This document shows, one piece after another, positions 53,501 to 64,000 of a DNA stretch of 64,000 nucleotides. The notes under the pieces are model-generated. The model did not search any database and was not told the origin of the DNA. It worked only from the letters and a program-made list of their open reading frames with translations. Source of the stretch: Ophelia neglecta (lineage: Eukaryota); contig OZ260664.1 in NCBI GenBank assembly GCA_965285935.1, positions 72,540,001 to 72,604,000 on the forward strand. Direction: 5' to 3'. The stretch's first letter is position 1. Every line of letters starts with the position of its first letter. The position numbers and the translations under genes are program-made.

Positions 53501-56500
53501 CTTCTGTCATTCTCTTTTGAACAAGTGATTACTTTTAAGTACATTAAATCATGTTCTCTGCGATTATCATTTTAGTTAATGACTAAAACATTTATCTCAC
53601 CTGCAGATGCGTTGACATATCTATTAGTATTTGTAACTATATCAGACACTCCATCAAGACCAACGTAGGGCACTGTGACGTTTGCGGAAAGAAAATACCA
53701 TTCATAGGTGTCATTGATTTGAGGCATCATGTTTTAACCTCACCAAGGGCTTGATACGAACATCTTAAAATTGAATCGCTCACCCAATTTACAATATCCC
53801 CAGTTACCATCGGTGGTTTCACACCAATATGCGACACGCTCTGTCTTGATGCATTGATGAAATGATTTGCCATTATGTTCAAATGGGAATTTACAAAGTC
53901 CAATACCAGTAGTTCCGTCAAATGCCTCTATCATGCCTGTTTCTAAAGTTAATGGGGGAAAACAAATAAATGTATTTTTATGAATATACATTGTAATGGT
54001 TGAATTCAAGTTGTATAAACTGTTGAAAATAACATACCGTACAAACACCGGCCCCAGCCTCCTATTTCATATTCTGAGTTCAACGAACACCAAAATCTTG
54101 AGGAATCGATGTTGGTACATTCGTGGTAGATTCGATGGTTATACACGAAAGGGAAGACGCATTGCTTATTGTTCGCAGTTGTAATATTAAGATGTTCCGG
54201 CTTTTTATTCACATTATCTGTAATGGCTAAAGCAGAATATTGATGTATTTTTCTAAGGCCTAACTCCGATATTTGGTCACTTCGAATGTTACACAAAATG
54301 ATTATTTTACAATGGATTATGTCTATGCAACAGACTGTACTGGATTTGAGAAATGTACCTTTCTCGTTGCCGTAATTCGAATTTTTTTGTGCCGGAACCT
54401 CTGAAAATGTAGGCAAGTTGTTAAGCAATTTTCTATTCGAATTGTGATCCGTGGCTTTTCCTTGTTAAAAAACGTTTTAAAGGTTTAAAATACACATACG
54501 AAACATAATATTTGCGAGTCCCCCGCCGCAGGATCATGTATGAAAAGGTCATTCTCAACAGGTTATATTACTCATGTAAGACGGTTATCCTGGACCAAAT
54601 AGTTTCAAGATTTGACAAATATTAAACAAGTTGAAAATTTACTCAAAAGATCTGGGTCAACAAGTCACAGAAAGGTCGTAGGTCATTTTTTTATGGTGCC
54701 ATTGAATTCATTGACCTCAATTTGGTAGAAGCTGATATATTACATTAAAAGATTGGATCATTAGTTCAAGGTCATACTAGAAGGTCAAAGATCACAAGTG
54801 ATCCAAAATATCAAAAGGCACAACTACATGATATGCACATACACTATAAGTGTTTTCGTGTGGCTACTATAAATAAATTTAGCGATCTGCTCCGGAAACG
54901 AAAAACAGATCCAGAGGCCACGGTTCAGAGGTCAAAGGGCACAGGCCAAAAAATAGGTCAAGTGCTGCATGCCAGTACTAAGATGATATCACTCATGTAA
55001 GATGGTTGTTCTGGATCAAATAGTTTCACGGACGGGCGGGCGGACGCGGCCTAAACTAGTAGTTTTCGGGGGGCGGGGGACTAATATTTTTACCAAAATT
55101 TACCAAAATTTACCAAAGATTTACCAAAGTTACAATATCCAAAATTGATGTTATCTTTGTCAGTGAAACAATAAGATCTCTCGGTAGAGTTTTCGTAGAC
55201 ACATTGTTCGTGTATTTCGCCATTTACCACAAAAGGAAATTTACAGCCAGCACCAAACGCACTCCCTCCCGATGTTGAACTTATCATGCCAGTTTCTGCA
55301 ACCCAATAGAAAATATAGAGAAACAGTATTTGCATATACATATATGACGTATGTACTCCGACGTCAAACTGTATGATGTCCACTTTATACTTACTGTATA
55401 TACAATTTCCCCAGTGTCCATCAATGTCGTAGTTAGTAGTTGTGGCACACCACTGCTTTTTGGTGATATTGTGCTGCAAACAGTTTTCATGGCTGGTTCC
55501 TTTGTAGATAAACGGAAAAACACAAGGCGCACCATTTGCATTTCCGCCTTTTGTGAATACGGGAGATAGCTCTATTGGAAAAGAAAGTTCCAAAGTTATT
55601 GATCATGTTGAAAACATAGACGAGCAAGCAGTCTGTTTACAGTTTTGGAGCAAGCGGTTGATGTTTTGTGGGTTACAGTTACTAGTTAGACGAAAAAATG
55701 TCCCTATCAGATAATACTTACCATAGACACAAGTTCCTTCAACTCCTTTGTGGTGCCTGTGTATACTACACCAAGGCTCCGGCCTAGAGGGCGTGATGAT
55801 ACAACCGTAATGCACTTCTCCAGCGAACATGAACGGTATCTGACAAGGAGCACCCCGAGATTCGTCTTCGTCCTTTGTGTACACCAGTGAAAACTCTGGA
55901 CGGAATAAATATAGCCAATGAATAAAGCAATGTGGAGTATAGAACGCATGCCAAATAAACAGAGATATAACGCTTTCACCAATCACCTTTAACAGGGCAA
56001 CTTCCGTCCACGATTTCGATGTTCATAATATCTACGATGAGGGTTGAAGATGAACTGACTGTTATTTGTACACTGTGATAACCTTTGCCAATGACATCTA
56101 GGTATGCCAATCCTTTGATATAATTAGATTGCGTTACAGCTCCGTTCAAACTAAAAACTCTGTGCAGTTCTATGTTATCACTCAGAGCAGAAACACTCAA
56201 CTCGTGTCGATGATAAAGTTCATTCCTTTTTAGGACTGTCAAATTGTATTTCACATAGACACAGGTCTTAGAATTGCTACTTTCTAGCTTTAGCTTAGGT
56301 GAGATCGTGGAAACTGTTGACAAAACTGGTTCGCCAGATAAATTTGCGGTCAAGTGTCCATCTAGCAATTAGAAAAGGGGTTTAGGCACAAAATAAATTG
56401 TTTTCTAACAGCTTATTTGTTTTCAAAGTTTCGGTTACATAAGAAAGAAACGCACGTAAACCGTCAGTGTCCTTCATGACTCGAAAGAAGTCTCTGCCCT

Positions 56501-59500
56501 TCGAAGCATCGAAGAAATCAACCATGTTTAAATGACCAAACTCCGTTGACATTTCAAATGGCACTAAAATGCATTTAAACGTTAAGACTTTCTTGTACAT
56601 TCAGTGTAACTTGATTGATATTCGCTAGAAAGCGAACAAAACATGTTTAAAGAGATTCAGATGTCCACAACAAACATATCCTCAAAGATAAACCTACCCT
56701 TGATTCCACATTTGCCAGCTTGAAGCTTATAATACTCTACGAATGCATCATAGACGGACTTGGAATCCTTCTTATGCATGATATCTACCAGTGTCATGTA
56801 CTTTCCAGGCTCTATATCCCAAGACACTCTTCTTGACTCGAATGTTTCTACTTTATAACTAAATAAGCTGTATAGTATTTGTCTAGACTCGGCAAGAGTT
56901 ACATTTAAGAAAACGGGTGCCCGAGGCTCAAGAATAACGTAAAGACAGTGTGATGCATTGATAAAAAATTCATCAAGAATTGCCACAGATCGTTTGTCAA
57001 AATGTATGTCACCAGTTCCTGTGTAAACTGCAGCCAGTGTGACTCCTGGAACTAAAATATGAAATAGAAGGAATGTGAATAATGAATATATAATGACTGA
57101 TTAATGTCAACATTAAGTTATATTCATCTTGGTAGACTTTATCACAGATAATAGTTGACCTTCAATGTCCTTTGTGGTCACCGCTTGATATGTAGCAGTA
57201 AATCCTCCTTTTTCCACACTAAAATCTGATGCAAATATCATTTTGATGATATTACTGGGTGACGTTGTAGACCACTGCCCACGAACTCCGCATGTTTCTG
57301 CTAACTCATTTGACGCGTCCATCAGGTCGATTCCTTCATAAATCTGTTTTAGAAAGACGAAAGTAACATTGATATTTTTTAATATGTGTCCTTAATGACA
57401 CTAAATGAACACTTTCTAATAGTTATCGTCGGAATTTTTCGCTTCGAGTTTCTTCCTCCTTAATGTCAAACTGTATTGTAGATACAACCACTGCCATATT
57501 AACTGACATACAAACCAACATCCGTGCCCTAAGCAGGACAATTAAGTAATTACCTCTGAAAGGTAGCAAAGAAAAGGAGGTCTGTTCTAAACTCTCCAAA
57601 TAACCTAATGTGGATTAAATGATTTTGCTATGTCTGCGGTCATCCATGCCCGTTTTTTTTTCAAACTGGAGGTTCAATGTGCATGCCTTGTTATTAATTT
57701 TCTTGTATTTACTTTTAGAAAATCCCTTTGCTCGCAGTCTTCGTCGGTTTTCTGCTTTCTCTCTTCCAATTCGAATGAATGAAATTTCAAGTGTATCCTA
57801 TAGTGTTTCGGCAGATGAATATGATAAAGACATCTCATGTCGGGTGGGTATGTAGTTTTGCCATAAAGCCTTGGAGAGCGAATCACTCCACTGCGATTAG
57901 TGAAATACCCACCACAGTCTAGATGAAAATGTAAATCATGGCAATATTAAAATTCGTCTGGGGGAAACGCACATGTACATGCATAAGAATGTGGTATTCG
58001 TGCCGCAATACTCGAATTGATACAAGCGCCTGGACACGAAGCGTATTTGCCATTACGTACCACGTAAGCAAAGCCCGAGACGAGAGGCATTTGGGGTTAA
58101 GCTGCACCAGAAAACACTCCCTGATCTTGTCTTATTTTCTATACACGAATTATATTCCATCCCGTTGAATGTGAATGGAAAAAGACACTGTTCTATGTGT
58201 ACTGCCGACTTGGTGGTTGGAATTGCCCAGATCTGTGTCTCCTCTAAATCTTAACAATGAAATGGTTTGAACTATATATATTTTGTAAAAAGAAAAAAAA
58301 TCAGCTTAAAATAATCGTATCAGGCTTAAATCGAACAGGTTGAAAACCGGTGAAAACGGAAGTACACAAGATTCTGTTTACATACCTGGTTCACAATACT
58401 TCCATTGAGAAGATGAAAATGTATAGTTCGTGGCACACCACGGAGATACAGTTTTAGATGCAACACAGCCAAAGTATTCAACTCCTAGGTATAAGAATGG
58501 GAAGACACATTCGCCATCAGGTTTTTCCTTCCAATCTTCAGCCGATATGTTTTGCAGTCCTAGAACGAAGTGTGTTAAGGTCAATATAAAATTCACTTTC
58601 CAAAAATGAAGAAGTGTTATCCAATTTATCCAAGTTTAATCTTATAAACCACCGAATCTGTCAATTAAATCAATACAAATATTTAAAAACCATTCTACCA
58701 CCATTCGTCGTATTTTGATCCAATTGTTGTCCACCAAACTCAGAGTTCCAAATAAACTGCCAGTTGAAGAAGAAGGAATTGCCTGCGTTTCGCTGTTCTT
58801 CAAAAAGATCGGCTGACACGGGCTGGTCAGTAATTTCTTAAAAGGCCATATGAAATGATTGAAAATAATTGTACGCAAACATTCTGATTGTCAAACCAAA
58901 CTGAGCTTGCCTGCCAATGGGAAATTTACATTATATCTACCATTTCGGATGTCAGAATGTCCCTTGCATTCTCCAGGATAGTAGGAAATGTCTGAGAGTC
59001 CAATATGGCTATCAGCGGATGCGATCTGTCCTTCAAACCATATTTGGTAAGTGCCATCAGGCAGAGTCAACTCGGCCCTTCTCCATCTAGTGTCGATAAA
59101 TCGTCTGCTATAAGACCAAATTGCACTGCTTTCTGGCAGGATTGTGTCTTTAAATTTCCTGCGCACTATCAACCTCAGAGGTTGGAAGGACGCCTTCAAA
59201 TCCCACAGTAAAAGATAAAAGGTGAGACATCCTGGCTGAAAGGTGTTGGACGGAGACAATAACCAAGCTTTGTCACCAGCGTCTCCGAGATACGACGAAA
59301 CAAGCAAATAATCCACTGAAAGTCGAAATAGACTAAAGTTCTTCTTATTGCTGATAAGGCAATGATACTTGTGAGACAAAAGTCAGTAAAATAAGTATTA
59401 TTGACACATGAATTGCTCACATATATAACGTTTCATGACTTTAGTCAACGAAAACAACCTTAATTGAAATATGAAAAATCAACAACCTTGGTACTGTTTT

Positions 59501-62500
59501 AAACCATCAGGCAAGGAGAATATAGAGGCTTTATCTCGCCTCCTCTCCCACTTTAATCCTACAGTTGCTGTTCCCTCGACATAGTAACCGCATTGGAAGT
59601 TATCAGAAAAAGTACAGTTGATGCTGGTCATAGAAGCTGTCACACAGAGCATAAGTGAAGGAAAAGTAAACATAAATATGCGTGAAAGTATGCATTTCTA
59701 AAAATTTAATGATTGAGCTAATCGTCCAATAGTTATTTTGGAAGTCAAATATTCCGATCTAGTAGATAATATTCTTCATTGGGTAGAGCCTACAGGTAAC
59801 GGTCTAGGTTAAGTGAAAATGATGTAATTTCACGCCTTATGGTTTGTTTGCGGCGTAGAATTTACTTTACTGTTAATAATCTACTTGCTGCTGAATTTGA
59901 TATTTATTATAGGCAAAAAGAATTACCACAAGGTTCTAACTCGTCGCTTCGGTCCCCACAGTCATCATGCGAATCACATGTATAAACACGGGGCAAACAA
60001 AAAGCATTGACACACCTGAAATAGCCTTCCAAACACTCTGCAGGACAATGGTTTGTTAGTAGTTAAAACTCTATACAGAAAAACATATAATGTGTAGTGT
60101 GTATCCTGAATAACACTCAACAGCAATAAATAAAGGGAGAAACGAAGATGTAATATTTAGTTCGGTTCAAACTTGACCAGAGTAAGAAGGTAATCCCGTA
60201 TGCGGCTGTAGCTATTGGGCGTGTACACTCTTCTCTCCTATCAATTACGGAGTTAGGGCTTCAACAGACCTAGCTCAGGTGTTGGCGATGTTTTCAACCT
60301 CGATCCAGCCTTTTCGTCTTCTTTATTTTGTTTGTATGCATTCCTTTTTGATTTTGGTGTGTTAACTCTTTGCTCTTCATTACATGTATTACACAGTATA
60401 AAAACTATGATTTAATTTTTGCTTGTATATGATTAGTCTGCACTGGAGCTTTGTGGTCTAATGTATTTTTTGCAATGATTCAGTTTGTTCTTATATTGAG
60501 AGTCACTATCTATATAGTGTTCTTGTTATTTAATGTTTGCAAGTAATTTGTATTTGTTGTTGTAGTTTTTGATACCTCTGTAACTGGTAACATGTGCCAG
60601 GTAGCAATGGCTGGCCTGTGTACTGTAAGTAGGCCTATTATCGCCTCTCGGTTATCTACTCTCGTTTTTTTTCTTTAAACAAAACTCGGATTAGGCACAC
60701 CCCCTGCGAATATCACAGCAGTGTGACTTTCTTATATTACCATTACTTCAATATCGACCTCTAGCATAATCTTTAGGTGAATGTGTTAATAAAAAGATAC
60801 AAACCAGCGAATGGAATATCGCAGGTCTCATACTCTCCATCTGGTTCGGTAAAACAACCAGGGCCCTCTTCTGATACAAACGGATTACGACAATATGTCT
60901 TTGTTACTTTTTCTCCACCTTGTGGTTCTAACTGTATCCCAAATTCTGTTAGTTCTCTGCTCCACTCTCGACACGGAGATCCACTGATGGAGGTACTTAT
61001 ACTTCCGTCATAATCAATTCCCAGTCTGTCTCTACGATGTCCTATTACGAAAAGACTTGATATGAGTGAAGCGAATGATAAAAAGTCTGAATGAATACCG
61101 CTATAAAAATGATGATACAAATCAACATTTAAAATGGTCACAGCAGGTTAACAATTGAATACTATCGACCTCCTGGACTAGTCTATCGTACCAGAAAGCC
61201 CCTGTGACGCCTGTCTTCGGTGCTATAATGCCCCACATATTATTCATTCTTATACAATAAGGCTCGAGGTGACAAGTCAATGTAAGAAGATCGAAAATAA
61301 GACATTTATAATTAAACCTTACCAAATGTTGAGCATGCTCGGACCAAGATGTCATCAATTGATATGCCGCTGAGTTGGTAAGGTGTCCGCTGCGCAGAAA
61401 AAGTAATGCGGTGATTGCCGGGTGGCAGGCGTATAAATACACGGTACCAGCCGACACTTATTGTCCCTTCAGATATATACAGTTGGGAACGCTTGAGAGA
61501 CTCGTCTAGGACGGTTAAATCAAGAGTAGGGGGGTCCGAGGACGTGTGATAATACAATTCCAAACATGAATTATTTGTCGCATAAAAAGTGCTCGTAGTC
61601 AAGCTGTATGGTTTTGGCGAGTGTTCCGTGGCATCTTCCAATTGTAAGACAAAACCACGCCCTGCAAAGTAACACCTTTATGAAAGTATAAACCTTGGTT
61701 AGGTGGAGCCCATGATGGTGTTTTATGTTTTACTATATTGCCATAAAAAGTGGCCAATAAGTGTTTTTTTGCATTCTACGTTTCCGCTACAGCAAACGCA
61801 TGGCTTTGTAAGGGTCATAATAGTTGTTACCAAAACCTTCTGCGTGAGCCATCGGTACATCTGAGAGGTTTTAAATAAAAGAAAGTGCTAACCAAAAAAA
61901 AAAAACAATAGCATATTGAATTTGTTGCATTTATATTGTTTACACTTTTTTGAGATAACAGATGCACAGGGAACTACAAAACCTGTCATCTGGTCGATCA
62001 TTTGATATTACCATCAGTTTGTTAACCTTGAATGCATTTATTTGTGAATAAGGTTTAATTAATATAATTATTTTTTGAGGATTATTCTAAAGTATTAATA
62101 ATGCACATAGTAATACGAGGTTTTGACATGACCATGACGTTATGTACCGTCATCGGCCCAGGTACCTGATCGAGTTGAATGGTCGTGAGCGATGGCCCCA
62201 CCAACTTTCTTTCTTGCCCAACTTAGTTTAGTACCAATGTACGATTTCTTGATGAATGGACACTCCGACTCAGTCTCGAAATCACACATAAAGTTTGGTG
62301 GGGCTACAATGTAAATGAAATCACAGATGAGGTTTGGTGGGGCTATAACGTAAATGAAATCACTTATGAGGTTTGGAGGGGCTATAACGTAAATGAAATC
62401 ACATATGAAGTTTGGTGGGGCTATAGCGTAATTGAAGTTTACCATTAATGAAAGTTATTTAAGCAGACATAACTATATGAGAATTATATAAAATAAAATA

Positions 62501-63354
62501 TATTAAGGCCATACCTGTACATCTTATTCTTTGAAAGCCCCTTGCTGGGACACACGGCTGCCTCGTGACCTTCAATGAGTGCTGTGTGATGATACAAAGC
62601 CTCCTCAATGTGTCGAATTCTGTCCTGCTGCACGTGTCATTGAACACAGTCAGACACAATGCCTGACAGACGGCGAGAGATACTTCCTTGAACACGCTGG
62701 TTTCGTTGTTCCAGTGTCCAGGGGGCAACATACATACCGTTCCTAGTGGGTGCATGCTGTCTTTGCACCTCCCTAAAGTAAAATACCGTCAAAAAACCGT
62801 GATGCATTTTAAGAATTTTAACACGTGCACTGTGCTTTCTTTCATTGTTCTCTTTACATTGACAAAAACAAGCCTGCCATGAGTAGCAGTCATAGCTGTT
62901 TATTGGATCTGGGTCCGTCTAAGTACGTACTTGCTTTGTTGCAAAATAATACGTTACCTTTTTCATGTGGGAGACTACCATTTTTTTTGCCGGAAAAAGT
63001 TGTCGTAAAATCATCAAATAGTCCTAATTTTTGGAGAGAAGTCAATCTGGAACGTCCAAGAAAGGTAAATATAACATATGCTGTATTCCTGGAGACACCA
63101 TTATAAATGCAAGAGTGCTTGAGCAGTAGCGGCAAAATCTTTCAAATTTGGCCACCATAAAAAGGCAAACATATGGGATTATGTACCTGAAGAAGTTTTG
63201 ATTGCAAATGGTGACCGTCGGAAATGTCAGACTCTCCACATAGGACACTTCTACATTTACCGCCTTGGGATTTGTTCTGAGGTACAGCAGACGGTCAATT
63301 GACAGATACACAAATGTGATGATAGATCCGACAACCACAAGAAACCAAATCAGT
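47580..63354 (-). CDS. Giant DEG/ENaC (ASIC-like) channel subunit with multidomain ectodomain, 5'-partial, ~34 exons, >2300 aa
   Basis: TM1 + FPTVTICNQN (63354..63187), 63046..62958, module exons 62772..52345, then channel core: ELYKYTGHQ (51411..51348), CKWRGSEC...TDSGLC (51247..51129), GMTLLLNTE (51041..50959), VLLHSPDEEP...GFALSPG (50789..50691), Cys-rich thumb (50587..50437, 50323..50267), 49834..48304, RQNFMKIDIFF (48112..48021), TM2 SEVGGYMGLLLGAS (47919..47767), last exon 47665..47580. All junctions GT-AG and phase-consistent. Confidence 0.9.
47767..47919 (-). CDS. DEG/ENaC TM2 exon with GAS selectivity filter
   Basis: (S)EVGGYMGLLLGASALTVIEVLDLILY. Confidence 0.96.
48304..49834 (-). 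CDS. Channel exon containing the end of the thumb, beta11 and a ~450-aa helical insert
   Basis: Starts CLCPDPCIRPVYSADLSYATLS, continues with amphipathic Pro-poor sequence and ends DAFVR, spliced to QNFMKIDIFF. Confidence 0.9.
50063..50136. repeat. 36-bp tandem duplication in an intron
   Basis: aatgtcacgagatcatgcttattga(t/c)agatgt(a/t)aag twice. Confidence 0.85.
52345..55895 (-). CDS. Array of seven fibronectin type II exons (55895..55722, 55571..55395, 55295..55125, 54226..54038, 53942..53784, 53393..53232, 52503..52345) plus linker exon 53672..53601
   Basis: Each has C-x-F/I-P-F...C...W/Y-C...G-x-C; all phase 1-1 with GT-AG ends. Confidence 0.9.
54500..55085 (+). mobile_element. Non-autonomous Helentron/HINE-like element in a channel intron
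   Basis: Internal repeat actcatgtaaga(c/t)ggtt..ctgga(c/t)caaatagtttca at ~54570 and ~54991, many aggtca/tgacct motifs, acggacgggcgggcggacg microsatellite near the 3' end; agtcccccgcc (~54516) is inverted to ggcgggggact (~55072-55082). Confidence 0.55.
55987..57051 (-). CDS. Two divergent MAM-like modules (exons 57051..56698, 56563..56462, 56361..55987)
   Basis: Phase 1-1 exons of MAM-like size with C-L/V-Y, G-x-Y/H and terminal G-x-C motifs; divergent, so the domain assignment is tentative. Confidence 0.55.
57160..57918 (-). CDS. CUB domain (exons 57918..57713, 57343..57160)
   Basis: CGGYFTNRSGVIRSP...YPPDMRCLYHI...FHSFELE...C..DFLKIYEG...CG...FASDFSVEKGGFTATY. Confidence 0.93.
58386..58559 (-). 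CDS. Fibronectin type II domain exon
   Basis: CVFPFLYLGVEYFGC...PWCATN...WKYC. Confidence 0.92.
58941..59636 (-). CDS. MAM domain 2 (exons 59636..59487, 59315..58941)
   Basis: NCTFSDNFQCGY...W; KAWLLSP...CLTFY...WRRAELTLPDGTYQIWFEG...IGLSDISYYPGEC. Confidence 0.9.
59927..60037 (-). CDS. LDL-receptor class A domain exon
   Basis: ECLEGYFRCVNAFCLPRVYTCDSHDDCGDRSDELEPC: 6 Cys plus DCxDxSDE; phase 1-1; not in the ORF track. Confidence 0.93.
60805..61041 (-). CDS. Kringle domain exon (degenerate)
   Basis: GIDYDGSISTSISGSPCREW...YCRNP...GPGCFT...YETCDIP. Confidence 0.88.
61323..62303 (-). CDS. MAM domain 1 (exons 62303..62166, 61661..61323)
   Basis: CDFETESEC...W...DHS; CLELYYH...GWYRVFIRLPPG...ISIDDILVRAC. 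Confidence 0.88.
62278..62433 (-). repeat. Four 39-bp tandem copies of the MAM-1 exon acceptor junction
   Basis: atttacgttatag|ccccaccaaacctcatctgtgatttc x4; candidate exon starts at 62420, 62381, 62342, 62303. Confidence 0.92.
62515..62772 (-). CDS. PAN/apple-like domain exon of the channel
   Basis: VSLAVCQALCLTVFNDTCSRTEFDTLRRLCII: C-x3-C-x7-C-x11-C PAN core; phase 1-1. Confidence 0.7.
63187..63354 (-). CDS. DEG/ENaC TM1 and post-TM1 exon
   Basis: RLIWFLVVVGSIITFVYLSIDRLLYLRTNPKAVNVEVSYVESLTFPTVTICNQNFFR; FPxxTxCN family signature. Confidence 0.95.
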
Positions 63355-64000
63355 CTGGAAAGCAAAGAATAATTGTCTAGGAGACTTAATTAATAAGAAC
63401 CTCTTTCCTTTTCCACCTTTTCAATTTGCCTGAATATGTGATTTGCAAACCGTCAAACGCCCCAATTAGTAACGAAGCGTTGTATATAAGCGTTGTATGA
63501 TGGTATTATCGTCTGTAATATACTTCATGGTTTCTTCAAAGTTCGTCGGAGAGTGTGCCCCCATTTTACCAGCTTTTTATATTACAGCCTACAGTTTCAC
63601 TTTGAAATATAAAACTAATGGACAAAATCCATGCATTTTAAACATGGTAAATTTCAATATTTCAAGACCAACAGGGCTTACTGTGGTTCCATTTCAACCA
63701 CCCTAGTTTATATTTTTATATAAAGTCTAACTCGAACGCCATTGCGCCTATAAAGTTAACACGTTTTCTGCAAATTGCAACACTGTAATGTCATTTCTAA
63801 AAAAAATGCAATGTTTGCAGTTTTTCCTAGACATTAATCCACCAAATCCAATTATAAGTACGAAGGAAAAGGGAGTAATTTTAAAAAGGTAATTCTGCAT
63901 GGTGGCTTAAATGTTTGCAAAAAACTGTCCACTATATCAACTATTTCTTCACTAATAATAATCATATTTGCCAACTACCGCTTTTCCGTTGATCATGCAG

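Noticed and set aside
63490-63565. MGAHSPTNFEETMKYITDDNTIIQR as the channel N-terminus
   Set aside because: Resembles a pre-TM1 segment but lacks the HG motif and a phase-2 GT donor; the true first coding exon is unresolved and may lie outside the window.

Overview
AT-rich, intron-rich animal DNA, most consistent with a marine invertebrate (taxon not determinable from this window). Three spliced genes, all on the minus strand, were reconstructed by hand from GT-AG boundaries and codon phase. (1) A secreted pleiotrophin/midkine-family protein (537-5301) with the full 10-Cys N+C domain layout. (2) A ~1708-aa single-pass membrane protein (20937-39129) with a Thr/Gly/Pro-rich ectodomain, three cytoplasmic SH3 domains, a long proline-rich region and a C-terminal ESEV PDZ-binding motif. 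(3) The standout: a giant DEG/ENaC (ASIC-like) channel subunit (47580 to >63354, 5' end unresolved, >2300 aa). Its finger region holds ~1450 aa of shuffled extracellular modules (PAN/apple, MAM, kringle, LDL-A, MAM, FN2, CUB, two MAM-like, seven more FN2), and its knuckle region holds a ~450-aa helical insert, while TM1, the Cys-rich thumb and the GAS selectivity filter are intact. Non-coding features include a 34-bp satellite, a decayed LINE, MITE/HINE-like elements and three cases where a splice junction has itself been tandemly amplified. No rRNA, tRNA or CRISPR array is supported.
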